Source: an uncultured Gammaproteobacteria bacterium (lineage in GTDB: Bacteria > Pseudomonadota > Gammaproteobacteria > Competibacterales > Competibacteraceae). Taken from it: a stretch of 64,000 bases of DNA. The stretch covers positions 26,985-90,984 of the forward strand of contig CAVQMB010000024.1 in the NCBI GenBank assembly GCA_963713445.1, written 5' to 3'. The notes under the pieces were generated by a model. It was not told the DNA's origin and did no database searches. It saw only the letters and a program-made list of their open reading frames with translations. Positions 1-10,498 of this stretch are shown here, one piece after another. The number at the start of each line of letters is the position of its first letter. The stretch's first letter is position 1. The translations under genes were made by a program, and so were the position numbers.

Positions 1-131
1 ACGAGCGCGATGCCAAACGGACGGTGGCCCCGTTGCGGCCAGCGGCCGACGCCGTCATTCTCGACACCACCGGTTTGACGATCGCGCAGGTCAGGGCGCG
101 TGCGCTGGCTATTGCGACAGAACGTTTGTGA
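1..131 (+). CDS. cmk: cytidylate kinase, 3' end only (start lies upstream of window)
   Basis: Frame +3 reads ERDAKRTVAPLRPAADAVILDTTGLTIAQVRARALAIATERL-stop, a Cmk-type C-terminus. It is followed by rpsA and ihfB as in the canonical cmk-rpsA-ihfB arrangement. Confidence 0.8.
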   Translation, partial: ERDAKRTVAPLRPAADAVILDTTGLTIAQVRARALAIATERL

Positions 132-230
132 TGTAGTCGATGTATACACCCAAGGGTCCCCGAGCTGATTCGGGGCTGACAATTTCATTCAACCAACCGG
201 CGGGCACGCCTGCCAACGAGCCATTGTCCA

Positions 231-1901
231 ATGACGGAAAGTTTCGCTGAGCTGTTTGAGCAGAGCCTAAACGAGAACCAGATGCAACCCGGTGCCATCG
301 TGATGGGCACCGTTGTCGAGGTTCGCGACGACATGGTGGTCGTCAACGCCGGCCTCAAGTCGGAAGGGCTTATCCCCATTGAGCAGTTCTTCAATGAGAA
401 CGGCGAACTCGAAGTGGCGGTGGGCCAGGAGGTCGAGGTCGCGCTGGACGCAGTCGAAGACGGCTTCGGCGAGACCCGGCTGTCGCGCGAAAAGGCCAAA
501 CGCGCGAAAGTCTGGAACATGCTGGAGAAGGCTTTCGAGGCCGACGAAATCGTCCACGGCGTCATCAGCGGCAAGGTTAAGGGCGGTTTCACTGTCGACA
601 TCGGTGAAATCCGAGCCTTCCTGCCTGGCTCCCTGGTGGACGTGCGACCGGTTCGGGATGCCTCTTATCTGGAAGGCAAAGAGCTCGAGTTCAAGGTCAT
701 CAAGCTCGACCAGCGCCGCAACAACGTGGTGGTATCGCGCCGCGCAGTAGTGGAGCAGGAATACAGTGCCGAGCGGGAAGCGCTGCTGGAAAGCCTGCAC
801 GAAGGACAGGTCCTCAAAGGCGTGGTCAAGAATCTGACCGATTATGGCGCATTCCTGGATCTGGGCGGCATCGACGGTCTGTTGCATATCACGGACATGG
901 CCTGGCGTCGGGTCAAGCATCCCTCCGAGGTCGTCAACGTGGGCGACGAGATCGAGATCAAGGTGCTCAAGTTCGACCGCGAGCGCAATCGGGTGTCGCT
1001 CGGTCTCAAGCAGCTCGGCGAGGATCCCTGGGAAGACATTACCCGTCGCTACCCGGTCGGCACTCGATTGTTCGGCAAAGTCACTAACATTGCCGACTAC
1101 GGGTGTTTCGTGGAAGTCGAGGAAGGCGTCGAGGGGCTGGTCCACATCTCCGAGATGGACTGGACCAACAAGAACGTCAACCCGTACAAGATGGTTACGG
1201 TGGGCGACGAGGTCGAGGTCATGGTACTCGACATCGACGAGGAGCGGCGCCGTATCTCACTCGGCATGAAGCAGTGCTCGGCCAATCCATGGGAAGACTT
1301 TGCGGCATCCCGCCAGAAAGGCGATCGGGTCAGCGGCAAAATCAAGTCGATCACTGACTTCGGTATTTTCGTCGGCCTGGACGGCAACATTGACGGCCTG
1401 GTGCACCTGTCGGACATCTCCTGGAGCATCCCGGGTGAAGATGCCATCCGGGATTACCGCAAGGGTCAGGAAGTCGACGCTGTGGTGCTGGCGGTCGACG
1501 CCGAGCGTGAACGTATTTCGCTGGGTATCAAGCAGCTCGACAAGGATCCCTTCTCAAACTACGTTGCCGAGCATCCCAAAGGCAGCATCGTCACCGGCAC
1601 CATCAGTACCGTGGACGCCAAGGGTGCGGTGGTCGATCTGGGCAATGGCATCGAGGGCATGCTACGGGTGTCCGATATCGCACGCGAGCGGATCGAGGAT
1701 GCCCGCAACGTGCTCAAATCCGGCGATGAGGTCGAAGCCAAGTTCGTCAACGTTGACAAGAAGAACCGGGCCATCACGCTGTCGATCAAGGCCAAGGAAG
1801 CGGCCGAGGAAGCGGAAGTCATTCAGGACTATACGCGCAAATCCGGTACCGGTACCGCCACGCTGGGCGACATTCTCAAGGAACAGATGGGCAAGGACTA
1901 A
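231..1901 (+). CDS. rpsA: 30S ribosomal protein S1
   Basis: 556-aa ORF with N-terminus [13 protein letters not shown] and six repeated S1/OB-fold segments (G.V....[10 protein letters not shown]-type). It sits between cmk and ihfB. Confidence 0.97.
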   Translation: MTESFAELFEQSLNENQMQPGAIVMGTVVEVRDDMVVVNAGLKSEGLIPIEQFFNENGELEVAVGQEVEVALDAVEDGFGETRLSREKAKRAKVWNMLEKAFEADEIVHGVISGKVKGGFTVDIGEIRAFLPGSLVDVRPVRDASYLEGKELEFKVIKLDQRRNNVVVSRRAVVEQEYSAEREALLESLHEGQVLKGVVKNLTDYGAFLDLGGIDGLLHITDMAWRRVKHPSEVVNVGDEIEIKVLKFDRERNRVSLGLKQLGEDPWEDITRRYPVGTRLFGKVTNIADYGCFVEVEEGVEGLVHISEMDWTNKNVNPYKMVTVGDEVEVMVLDIDEERRRISLGMKQCSANPWEDFAASRQKGDRVSGKIKSITDFGIFVGLDGNIDGLVHLSDISWSIPGEDAIRDYRKGQEVDAVVLAVDAERERISLGIKQLDKDPFSNYVAEHPKGSIVTGTISTVDAKGAVVDLGNGIEGMLRVSDIARERIEDARNVLKSGDEVEAKFVNVDKKNRAITLSIKAKEAAEEAEVIQDYTRKSGTGTATLGDILKEQMGKD

Positions 1902-1908
1902 GACCGGA

Positions 1909-1942
1909 GGCGAGGCCACGGTTCTGGCGCCGTGGTCTCGCC
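1909..1942 (+). terminator. GC-rich hairpin just after rpsA (attenuator or partial terminator, no U-tract)
   Basis: GGCGAGGCCACGG-ttctggcg-CCGTGGTCTCGCC forms a 13-bp stem with one G-U pair, starting 8 nt after the rpsA stop. Confidence 0.4.
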
Positions 1943-1989
1943 TGCCGTATTATGCCGCCTCCCGTAAAACCAAGCCCAGGTGATCCGCG

Positions 1990-2295
1990 ATGACGAAGTC
2001 GGAACTGATCGAAGTCCTCGCTCACAAAAACAGCGATTTGCCGTTCAAGGATGTGGAACACGCTGTCAAAACCCTGCTGGAACACATGAGCGAATCCTTG
2101 GCCAACGGCGAGCGGATCGAGATCCGCGGTTTCGGCAGCTTCTCCCTGCACTACCGACCACCGCGCCTCGGGCGCAATCCCAAGACCGGGGAAACAGTCG
2201 CACTGACCGGAAAGCACGTTCCCCACTTCAAGCCCGGCAAGGAACTGCGCAATCGGGTCAACAAGTTTGAGCATGCCGACGCGACCTACGCCTGA
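1990..2295 (+). CDS. ihfB: integration host factor subunit beta
   Basis: 101 aa, MTKSELIE...[41 protein letters not shown], the HU/IHF fold signature. Position directly after rpsA. Confidence 0.95.
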   Translation: MTKSELIEVLAHKNSDLPFKDVEHAVKTLLEHMSESLANGERIEIRGFGSFSLHYRPPRLGRNPKTGETVALTGKHVPHFKPGKELRNRVNKFEHADATYA

Positions 2296-2318
2296 TCGTC
2301 ACAAGTCACATGGTCACG

Positions 2319-2343
2319 AAACCCACCACTGGTGGGTTTTTTC
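2319..2343 (+). terminator. Rho-independent terminator of ihfB
   Basis: AAACCCACC-act-GGTGGGTTT stem followed by a run of T residues (TTTTTT). Confidence 0.8.
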
Positions 2344-2431
2344 GTTTAGGTCTGTACGCCGACCGAACCCCATGGCAAGATAATGCGTTCCGCAGTAATC
2401 AAAATGTAACTGCCACACTTCGGCTACCACC

Positions 2432-3640
2432 ATGCCGGTTCTGTTGCTGGAAGGCCTCACCAACGCAGTCAGCCTGTTCTGGCTCCTGTTGCCGTTAGCG
2501 GCTGCATCGGGCTGGTGGTTAGCACGCCGCGCCCAGCGCCGCGAAATACACAAACCTACCCGGGCCGACTACTTTCGCGGACTAAGCTATCTGCTGGACG
2601 ACAAACCGGATCAGGCTCTGGAGGTATTCGCCCAAATGGCCGAGCATGATCATGTTGCGGTCGAAACCCAACTGACTCTCGGTCATTTATTCCGCCGTCG
2701 GGGCGAAGTGCAGCGAGCCATTCACATCCATCACAGCCTGACCACCCGCAGCCATCTCACCACTGTGCAACGCCAGCGCGCGATTCTGGAACTGGCCGAG
2801 GACTACATGCGCGCGGGCCTGTTCGATCGCGCCGAGGCTCTGTATCGGGGTCTGATCGAGCAACCCACCCGCGGCAGCCACAACGCGGTCGCGCTCAACC
2901 GCATTATCAAGATCTACGAACAGGAAAAGGACTGGCGTCAAGCCATTGTCCACTGCGATCTATTGGAACGGCTGACCGGTCAGGTGCGCAAGATCGAAGC
3001 CGCGCATTACTGTTGTGAACTGGCCGTTGAAGCCCTGCAACAGCACCAGCCGGAAACGGCCTCAAGACACTTGCAAGAAGCCCTGCGACGGGACGCGGGT
3101 TGCGCCCGCGCCAACCTGCTGCGGGCGCAGCTGGCAATGGATCAGGGCGATCACTTGGGCGCCGTACAAACACTGACCGCCATTGAGCGCCAGCAACCTG
3201 CGCTGCTCAGCGAAACCCTGGAACCCCTGGCACATTGCTATGCCGAATTAGCCCGGCCAGAGGCCTTCAGTGCCTGGCTGCAAGCCGCCCACTCGCGCCA
3301 CCCGTACAGTTGGCTGACCACCAGTCTGGCCCGTCATATCGCCCAAACCGAGGGCACCGCGCCGGCACTCGATTTCCTGACTGAACAACTTCAGCGTCGC
3401 CCCAGCTTCGCCGGTTTGCGTGCGTTACTGGAGCTGAAACTGAACCAGGGGGGAGGCCATGACACAGACCTCGAAACCCTCTGCCGGACCAGCACAAGCC
3501 TGCTCGATAGCGCACTCCATTACCGCTGCGACCAGTGCGGTTTCACGGTCAAAACCCTGAACTGGCAGTGCCCGAGCTGCAAGAACTGGCAGACCATTAT
3601 CCCGCTGCCTGATCTGACCTGCCGCAGCGACAAGCCCTGA
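2432..3640 (+). CDS. lapB: LPS assembly regulator LapB (YciM): TPR protein with C-terminal rubredoxin-like zinc site
   Basis: 402 aa with an N-terminal TM helix ([19 protein letters not shown]), TPR-like repeats and C-terminal CDQCGF...CPSCKNW. It lies immediately upstream of pyrF as in E. coli. Confidence 0.85.
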   Translation: MPVLLLEGLTNAVSLFWLLLPLAAASGWWLARRAQRREIHKPTRADYFRGLSYLLDDKPDQALEVFAQMAEHDHVAVETQLTLGHLFRRRGEVQRAIHIHHSLTTRSHLTTVQRQRAILELAEDYMRAGLFDRAEALYRGLIEQPTRGSHNAVALNRIIKIYEQEKDWRQAIVHCDLLERLTGQVRKIEAAHYCCELAVEALQQHQPETASRHLQEALRRDAGCARANLLRAQLAMDQGDHLGAVQTLTAIERQQPALLSETLEPLAHCYAELARPEAFSAWLQAAHSRHPYSWLTTSLARHIAQTEGTAPALDFLTEQLQRRPSFAGLRALLELKLNQGGGHDTDLETLCRTSTSLLDSALHYRCDQCGFTVKTLNWQCPSCKNWQTIIPLPDLTCRSDKP

Positions 3641-3648
3641 GTGAATTC

Positions 3649-4371
3649 GTGCCCCCCCGTACGCCCCTAATCGTCGCGCTCGACGTCCCGGCCGCTGGTC
3701 CGGCGCTCGATCTGGCACAGCGGCTCGACCCTGAACTGTGCCGCCTCAAGGTCGGCAAAGAATTGTTCACCCGGGCGGGTCCCGGACTGCTCGAGGCGCT
3801 GCAACGGCTCGGATTCGAAATTTTTCTGGACCTCAAGTTTCACGACATACCCAACACAGTGGCGGCCGCCTGCCGGGTTGCCGCTGAGCTCGGTGTCTGG
3901 ATGCTGGACGTACATGCCTCGGGCGGACGCGCCATGCTCATGGCGGCACGGGAGGCGCTGGCGCATTTCAACCAGCCGCCGTTGCTGGTTGCAGTCACCG
4001 TACTGACCAGTCTGGCTCAGTCTGATCTGGCCGAACTCGGCTGGGCAGACACCGCTGATCAGCTGGTGCTACGCCTGGCCCGACTCGGCCAGGCATGCGG
4101 AATCGACGGGGTAGTCTGCTCAGCCCGGGAAGCAGCGCTGCTGCGCACGACTCTCGGCGGCACGCTGACTCTGGTGACTCCAGGCATCCGCCCGGCGGGC
4201 TGTGCCGACGACGACCAGCATCGTGTGATGACACCGACCGGGGCACTGGCGGCGGGCGCCAGTTACCTGGTCATCGGCCGCCCGATCACCCGCGCCAGCG
4301 ACCCGTTGGCTGCTTTGCAGGAGATCATGACCAGTATCAATGTTCAGGCTGGACTTGCAAAATGGACTTAA
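3649..4371 (+). CDS. pyrF: orotidine-5'-phosphate decarboxylase
   Basis: 240 aa with a GTG start. Contains LIVALDV, KVGKELF and [12 protein letters not shown] motifs. Confidence 0.93.
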   Translation: MPPRTPLIVALDVPAAGPALDLAQRLDPELCRLKVGKELFTRAGPGLLEALQRLGFEIFLDLKFHDIPNTVAAACRVAAELGVWMLDVHASGGRAMLMAAREALAHFNQPPLLVAVTVLTSLAQSDLAELGWADTADQLVLRLARLGQACGIDGVVCSAREAALLRTTLGGTLTLVTPGIRPAGCADDDQHRVMTPTGALAAGASYLVIGRPITRASDPLAALQEIMTSINVQAGLAKWT

Positions 4372-4449
4372 TTGACTATTTTTAGTTATATTGCTTCTTG
4401 ACAAGCCAAGAAGTGATATCCGGGAAACCTCATTGATTAAGGAGTAATC

Positions 4450-4776
4450 ATGATGACATTCCGCACGCTATTAGTCGGTCTGCTGTTCGCGGTTCTGGTC
4501 AACCCGGCGTTCGCCCAGACCATCAACATCAATACCGCGTCGGCCAAGCAGATCAGCACCGCCCTATCCGGCGTTGGGCCGAAGAAAGCTGAAGCCATTG
4601 TTCAATACCGCAAGGCGCACGACCCCTTCAAATCGTTGCAGGATCTGCAGAAAGTAAAGGGCATAGGACCCAAAACGGCCGCCGACAACAAGGCCGTGAT
4701 CCGTTTTAGTGACAAAGCCGGTAGTTCCGACATGGGCAGCTCAAAAAGCGGGGCCGGCAACGACTCGTCATCCTAA
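4450..4776 (+). CDS. ComEA-like periplasmic helix-hairpin-helix DNA-binding protein
   Basis: 108 aa with a signal peptide (LLFAVLVNPAFA), INTASAKQISTALSGVGPKKAEAIVQYR and LQKVKGIGPKT HhH motifs. AAGGAG SD lies 6 nt upstream. Confidence 0.8.
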   Translation: MMTFRTLLVGLLFAVLVNPAFAQTININTASAKQISTALSGVGPKKAEAIVQYRKAHDPFKSLQDLQKVKGIGPKTAADNKAVIRFSDKAGSSDMGSSKSGAGNDSSS

Positions 4777-4814
4777 TTTGTTCCCACCATCACAATCCAT
4801 TAGACTCGATTATC

Positions 4815-4835
4815 GGGCCGCGCGTGACGCGGCCC
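4815..4835 (+). terminator. hairpin downstream of the ComEA-like gene (no U-tract)
   Basis: GGGCCGCG-cgtga-CGCGGCCC, an 8-bp perfect stem. Confidence 0.35.
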
Positions 4836-4892
4836 GTGTCACGTCGGTCCCGTCTGTCTGCTGGCCTGCTGCTGCCCACCGGAATTTGCTGA

Positions 4893-6140
4893 ATGTTTCG
4901 CCCGCTGGAGCTTTACATCGGTCTGCGCTACACCCGCGCCAAACGCCGTAACCACTTTATTTCCTTTATATCGTTGACCTCGATGCTGGGCATGGCGCTG
5001 GGTATCACCGCATTGATCACGGTGTTATCGGTGATGAACGGCTTCGAGCAGGAGGTGCAACAACGCATTCTCAGCCTGACGCCGCATATCACTATCAGCG
5101 GCTGGGACGGCCGACTGCAGGACTGGCCTGCGGTACTAAAACGCGTCAAACAGAATAGCGAGGTGCTGGCAGGAGCGCCGTTTGTGCGCGGTGAAGCCAT
5201 GCTGAACTATGGCGGACAAGTCAGTGGCGCCTTGATCGAGGGCATTCTGCCGCGCGACGAGCGACACGTTTCCGAGTTGGCCAGCAAGATGACACAGGGT
5301 CATCTCAGCGACCTCAAGCCCGGCGGCTTCGACATCATTCTCGGACAACAGCTCGCGGCCTCGCTCGGCATCGGTGTCGGCGACAAGGTTACGGTCATTA
5401 CGCCTCAGGCCAACACCACGCCGCTGGGCACCGTGCCAGTGTTAAAACAGTTTACTGTTGTGGGCTTGTTCGCTTCTGGCATGTACGATTTCGATCGTTC
5501 CCTAGCCCTGATCCAGGTGGACGATGCGGCGCGGCTGTTCCGGCTGGGCAATACCGTCACGGGCCTGCGCCTGAAGGTGGCGGACATGTTTCAGGCTCCC
5601 CGCATCAGCCGCCAGCTGGCAGGCCGGCTCAACGGGGGTTACCAGGTCAGCAACTGGACCCAGAGTCATGCCAACTACTTCCGTGCCGTTCAGATCGAAA
5701 AAACGACGATGTTCGTCATCCTGATGCTCATTGTGGCAGTGGCCGCGTTCAACCTGGTATCCACGCTGGTCATGGTGGTTACCGACAAGCAGGCTGACAT
5801 TGCCATCCTGCGCACTCTCGGCGCCTCGTCGCGCAGCATCATGGGCATCTTTATGGTCCAGGGCATCACCATCGGCCTGCTCGGCACCCTGCTCGGTCTG
5901 GCCGGAGGTTTGGCGCTGGCCTTCAATGTCTCCAGCGTCGTCGCGTTTATCGAGCGCACCTTCGGCGTGCACTTGATTGATCCGGACCTTTATCTGATTG
6001 GCAATCTGCCGTCGCACGTGGTGCCCAGCAACGTCGCCACGATCACAATCACGGCTTTCTTACTTGCCGTACTGGCCACACTGTACCCGGCCTGGCGCGC
6101 TGCCCGCACTCAGCCGGCCGAGGCACTGCGCTATGAATAG
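4893..6140 (+). CDS. lipoprotein-release ABC transporter permease (LolC/LolE family; the only copy here)
   Basis: 415 aa. [29 protein letters not shown]-terminus, large periplasmic loop, C-terminal FtsX-type TM bundle. Confidence 0.88.
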   Translation: MFRPLELYIGLRYTRAKRRNHFISFISLTSMLGMALGITALITVLSVMNGFEQEVQQRILSLTPHITISGWDGRLQDWPAVLKRVKQNSEVLAGAPFVRGEAMLNYGGQVSGALIEGILPRDERHVSELASKMTQGHLSDLKPGGFDIILGQQLAASLGIGVGDKVTVITPQANTTPLGTVPVLKQFTVVGLFASGMYDFDRSLALIQVDDAARLFRLGNTVTGLRLKVADMFQAPRISRQLAGRLNGGYQVSNWTQSHANYFRAVQIEKTTMFVILMLIVAVAAFNLVSTLVMVVTDKQADIAILRTLGASSRSIMGIFMVQGITIGLLGTLLGLAGGLALAFNVSSVVAFIERTFGVHLIDPDLYLIGNLPSHVVPSNVATITITAFLLAVLATLYPAWRAARTQPAEALRYE

Positions 6141-6816
6141 CCCGGTATTGCAGTGCCACGGTTTGTCCAAACGCTACCGGCAGGGTGATCAGCAACTTGA
6201 GGTATTGCGCAACGTCGAGTTCATGCTGGAACGCAGCCAACGCGTTGCCATTATCGGACCTTCCGGCGCCGGCAAGAGCACGCTGCTGCAACTGCTTGGC
6301 GGTCTCGACGCCCCCAGCGCCGGCGAAGTCATCGTAGCGGGTCACAACCTCACCCGCGCTAGCGACCGCCAGCGCGACCGGCTGCGCAACCGGTTTTTCG
6401 GCTTCGTTTACCAGTTCCATCACCTGCTGGCGGAATTCAACGCCCTGGAAAATGTGGCCATGCCATTGCTCATCCGTGGTGTCAGGTCGACTGCCGCGCA
6501 TGAGCAGGCCGCGGCTATACTGGCGAAAGTCGGCCTCAGCCAGCGACTCAGTCACCGTCCGGGAGAATTATCGGGGGGCGAACGTCAGCGGGTAGCCATT
6601 GCCCGGGCTCTGGTCACCGAACCGGCCTGCGTACTCGCCGACGAGCCGACGGGTAACCTCGACAGCGCCAACGCCGAGCAGGTTTTCGAACTGACCCTGG
6701 CTATGAACCGCGACCTGGGTACCAGCCTGGTGGTGGTCACTCACGATGTGGCGCTGGCCGAGCGCCTCGACAGTATATGGGTGCTCCGCGACGGCATCCT
6801 GCAGCGCCAGCGCTAA
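6133..6816 (+). CDS. lolD: lipoprotein-release ABC transporter ATP-binding protein
   Basis: ATG 6133 overlaps the permease stop (6138-6140). Walker [10 protein letters not shown], signature LSGGERQR, Walker [12 protein letters not shown]. Confidence 0.9.
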   Translation: MNSPVLQCHGLSKRYRQGDQQLEVLRNVEFMLERSQRVAIIGPSGAGKSTLLQLLGGLDAPSAGEVIVAGHNLTRASDRQRDRLRNRFFGFVYQFHHLLAEFNALENVAMPLLIRGVRSTAAHEQAAAILAKVGLSQRLSHRPGELSGGERQRVAIARALVTEPACVLADEPTGNLDSANAEQVFELTLAMNRDLGTSLVVVTHDVALAERLDSIWVLRDGILQRQR

Positions 6817-7358
6817 CCGGGTTGACGACCGGTTCGGGCACCGTAACGGGCTCGGCGGCGGCGTACGTGCAAAACGATGTGCAGACGCCAGATCAGCCGC
6901 ACCGCGGTATACGTCAGCGCACTAAGCACCAGTCCGACGGTCAGCGAGCCGAGCAGCAGGGGGCCGCCGTAGGCGCCCAGATTGCGCAGAAACCAGTCGT
7001 CAGCCGGCGACAGGTAGATCAACAGCTTGAACGGCCAGGTATGCAGCATCCAGCGACCCACCAGATAGGTCGCATAGAAGATTGGTGGCATAGTAACCGG
7101 ATTGGTGATCCAGACCGTGGCGACCGCCAGCGGCAGATTGACCCGTAGCCAAAGGCTGAAGGCCGCCGCCATAATCATCTGGGTAGGCAGCGGTATGAAG
7201 GCGACAAACATACCGACCGCCAGTCCTCCCGCTACCGAGCGTCGGTTGAGATGCCACAGATTGGGGTCATGCAGCCGATTACCGAACAGCCGCATGCTGC
7301 GATGACTGCGCAGCTTACCGTGATCGGGCATGATACGCTTAAGGAAGCGCTTGGACAT
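6813..7358 (-). CDS. DUF2062-family membrane protein
   Basis: Start moved to [13 protein letters not shown] (ATG 7358). The sequence ...[29 protein letters not shown].. is typical of DUF2062. The longer N-terminal extension in the track is Arg/Ala/Gly-rich and implausible. Confidence 0.7.
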   Translation of the reverse strand: MSKRFLKRIMPDHGKLRSHRSMRLFGNRLHDPNLWHLNRRSVAGGLAVGMFVAFIPLPTQMIMAAAFSLWLRVNLPLAVATVWITNPVTMPPIFYATYLVGRWMLHTWPFKLLIYLSPADDWFLRNLGAYGGPLLLGSLTVGLVLSALTYTAVRLIWRLHIVLHVRRRRARYGARTGRQPG

Positions 7359-7480
7359 GATGACTAAAGCAAGCCAGCGGCCGGAGACAATGGCCTGAAA
7401 ATATGGGGGAAAACGATCGCTGACGCAAGTACAGCAAGCGCCACGCGGCGGTGCCGGTCTGGCGGCGGGAGCGTTTAGCC

Positions 7481-9748
7481 ATGCGGCTGGCGGCAGTATC
7501 CTTTCTGGTAGGCACCCTGTTGCTGCATGCTTGCCCCCAGCTCCCACCCGCCTGGTGCCTAAGCGCCGTATTGCCCGCCCTGCTGCTGCTGATCGGACGC
7601 TGGACACGCCCCGCCGGATGGCTGTTGCTAGGCTTCCTTTGGACCTTGGCCTGGGCCCTGCCGCTGACACAAAACCCTTTGCCCGCCGACCTCGAAAAAA
7701 CTGATTTGCACGTCACCGGCTGGATCGCCTCGATTCCCGAACATCAGCAGCACCGCCGTCGTTTTCAATTTGCGATCCAGCACCTCAGTCACGCCGGTCA
7801 TACGATACACCTGCCGGGCCGTCTGCTACTCTCCTGGTACGGTAGTCCGCCGCAAGCACTTCAGGTTGGCGACCGCTGGCGACTGACCGTCCGGCTGCAG
7901 CGGCCCCGCGGCTTCCGCAATCCCGGCGGCTTCGATTACGAACATTGGCTGTTCCTGCACAGAATTGCCGCCACCGGTTACGTGCGCAGCAAGCCCGCTG
8001 CGGTACGGCTGGGTGGTGCCGAGCGTTTTCCGCTGACCCGCTGGCGGCAACACCTGGCGCAGCGCCTGCATCAGCTGCTGGCGGGTAACCGCTATGGCGG
8101 CATCCTTACCGCCATTGCCGTGGGGGACCGGCAAGGCATCGACAGCGACCAATGGCAACTGCTGAGGCACACCGGCACCAGCCATCTGATGGCCATCTCC
8201 GGTCTCCACATCGGTTTGGTCGCAGGCCTGATCTACTGGCTAATCCTGGGCCTTTGGTCCCTGTGGCCTATGGCAGCGCTGCGCTGGCCCGCCCCCAAAG
8301 CCGCGGCTGCGGGGGCCTTGCTTGCGGCCGGCGGTTATGCTTTGCTCGCTGGACTGGCGCTGCCCACCCAGCGGGCGCTGATCATGCTGGCAGTGGCGCT
8401 GCTGGCGCTGCTGCGCCAGCGCCCCGTGGTCCCCAGCCGACTGCTCGCGGCGGCGCTGTTAGCCGTGCTGCTGATCGATCCTGGGGCACCGCTGGCAGCC
8501 GGCTTCTGGTTGTCATTCAGCGCCGTCGGCGCACTGTTGTATGCCATCAGTGGACACTATCCCCGCCGCAGCGCCTGGTACCACTGGCCCCGACTGCAAC
8601 TGGTGGTACTGCTCGCGCTGGCACCCATCACCTTGCTGAACTTCCAGCGCATCACCCTGGTGTCTCCGCTGGCCAACCTGCTGGCAATCCCATGGGCTAG
8701 CCTACTGATCGTCCCGCAAACTCTGCTGGGAGTTCTCGCCCTCGCCATCAGCAGTTCCCTGGCGGGCGCTTTGCTGGCTCTGGCGAGTGCCGCCACCGAC
8801 CTCCTGTGGCGCCTGTTGCACCTTCTGGCCCAGTGGCACACAAGCCAGCTGGTGTTACCGGCACCACCACTGTGGACATTCATCTTCGTTGTACCCGGCC
8901 TGATGTTGCTGCTAGCGCCGCGCGGTATTCCGGGGCGATGGTTGGGATTGCCGTTGTGTTTGCCACTGGTCTTCTTTCCCAGCGGGCGACCCGCGCCGGG
9001 CAGTGCACTTTTCACCCTGCTCGATACCGGGTCGGGCTTGGCGTCGGTGGTACAGACAGCACACCATACGCTGGTCTATGATACCGGGCGCTGGTTCAGT
9101 GGGAATTTCGACGCCGGGCGTTTCGCATTGGTGCCATTTCTGCACCAAGCGGCCAGCCCCCGGGTCGACGTATTGATCATCAGCGACCCCGGCAACCGCT
9201 ACCGCGGCGGCGTACGCTCGCTGCGAGCAGCGCTGCCGGTCGCTCGGACACTGGTTCCGGACTCACGGGCATTGCCAATCAACGGCGCCGAGCGGTGTCA
9301 GAACCGGCACTGGCGCTGGGACGGCGTCCGCTTCCGGCTGTTCGCCACCGGGCCTGCCAGCAGTTGCGTATTGCTGGTCACGGCCGCCGGGCATCGCTTG
9401 CTGCTCACCGGCAACCCATCCGCTGATACGGTTCGGGCACTGTTCCCGGCACTGACCTCCCGGGCACCCATCGATGTGCTGCTGGCGCCCCAGCAAGGCC
9501 GTCGGCCGCCGCCCCAGGGTCTGCTCGAAAGCGCCCGCCCACGCTACGTTTTGCTCGCGACCGGCTACCACAACCGCTGGGGTTACCCGCGGCCCGCCAC
9601 CCTGCGCCGGTACCGCGCCAGCGGCGCCATTCTGCTGGATACGGCCACAAGTGGCGCGATCAGCTTCCGCCTCAGTACCCGACAAACGCTTCGGCCACGG
9701 CATTATCGCCAGGCAATGCGGCATTATTGGAACGCGCTCAAAAACTAG
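7481..9748 (+). CDS. comEC: DNA internalization competence protein ComEC/Rec2
   Basis: About 755 aa, polytopic, with a competence domain (ISGLHIGLVAG) and a C-terminal metallo-beta-lactamase-like domain. Start taken at ATG 7481; GTG 7451 is an alternative. Confidence 0.85.
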   Translation: MRLAAVSFLVGTLLLHACPQLPPAWCLSAVLPALLLLIGRWTRPAGWLLLGFLWTLAWALPLTQNPLPADLEKTDLHVTGWIASIPEHQQHRRRFQFAIQHLSHAGHTIHLPGRLLLSWYGSPPQALQVGDRWRLTVRLQRPRGFRNPGGFDYEHWLFLHRIAATGYVRSKPAAVRLGGAERFPLTRWRQHLAQRLHQLLAGNRYGGILTAIAVGDRQGIDSDQWQLLRHTGTSHLMAISGLHIGLVAGLIYWLILGLWSLWPMAALRWPAPKAAAAGALLAAGGYALLAGLALPTQRALIMLAVALLALLRQRPVVPSRLLAAALLAVLLIDPGAPLAAGFWLSFSAVGALLYAISGHYPRRSAWYHWPRLQLVVLLALAPITLLNFQRITLVSPLANLLAIPWASLLIVPQTLLGVLALAISSSLAGALLALASAATDLLWRLLHLLAQWHTSQLVLPAPPLWTFIFVVPGLMLLLAPRGIPGRWLGLPLCLPLVFFPSGRPAPGSALFTLLDTGSGLASVVQTAHHTLVYDTGRWFSGNFDAGRFALVPFLHQAASPRVDVLIISDPGNRYRGGVRSLRAALPVARTLVPDSRALPINGAERCQNRHWRWDGVRFRLFATGPASSCVLLVTAAGHRLLLTGNPSADTVRALFPALTSRAPIDVLLAPQQGRRPPPQGLLESARPRYVLLATGYHNRWGYPRPATLRRYRASGAILLDTATSGAISFRLSTRQTLRPRHYRQAMRHYWNALKN

Positions 9749-10498
9749 CCGGAAACGCTTTTGCCCAGCGGCCAGCGTGTTGCGTTTTGCGCTGACGCAG
9801 CGCTCAACGTGCGCGCCAGCGCTTGACGCGACCGTGTATTGACGAGCAAGCTAAGTGTATTACTAGAATAAACTTGCCGCTGTCGGATAATAGTGGACTG
9901 CATACTTTCGCTGAACATCATAATAAGCCTACGATAGCCAAACGAACTATCGACTGAATGTCTAAACTCGAAGCCGCGGTCGAAGGGATCGAATCGATCA
10001 GCGCGACCAAGTGGGGGAACACGCTGCTAACGGCTGAGCCGGCGGAATGGTCTAACAGACCCCGCGGCACAAGGGCGTCATCTACCCCAAACCTCCTGCT
10101 TAAGAACCACCCAGTAACAGCTGATCTGTCGCGCCTCGCTGAACAGTGTGACCGGCGCTGCGCATGCGTTCCCGTGGTCGTCAACCATAACGGAGACACG
10201 TAGCGACGAAAAGACCCAATCAACGGATTCGGGTGGCGCACAGCATCCCGAATCAGGCAGCCGGGCAGCCAACCCGCTTTGGGTACGGTTGCGGTTGCGG
10301 CCATCCGACGGGTTGCCATACAGGGAGGTCGCAGGCACCTTGCGTCGGCTAGACGACGGTTCCAGGACGAGGGTCAAGAGCCTGGCCCGGCAGCACGCTG
10401 CGGCAGCCGAGCTCACAGGAATTCGCCTCGGACTCACACCGTCACGGTGAAACAGGCGCCAACGGCGTCACCAAGGCGACTTACTTGGAGGAGGTAAC

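Noticed and set aside
9900-10450. tmRNA or RNase P RNA in the large gap
   Set aside because: There is no tRNA-like 3' end (GGTTCGA.TCC...CCA). There is no tag-ORF ending in the usual ..ALAA-stop. None of the universally conserved RNase P blocks (for example ACAGAAxxxGGCTTA) is present.
10335-10470. Possible guanidine-I (ykkC)-like riboswitch (CTAGACGACGGTTCCAGG...GGTCAAGAG)
   Set aside because: There is only loose resemblance to the CUAGGGUUCCG / GGUCCGAGAG elements. The highly conserved ACGG.GGGA.AAAGCCCGGGAG 3' half is absent. An Rfam scan would be needed before making any such call.
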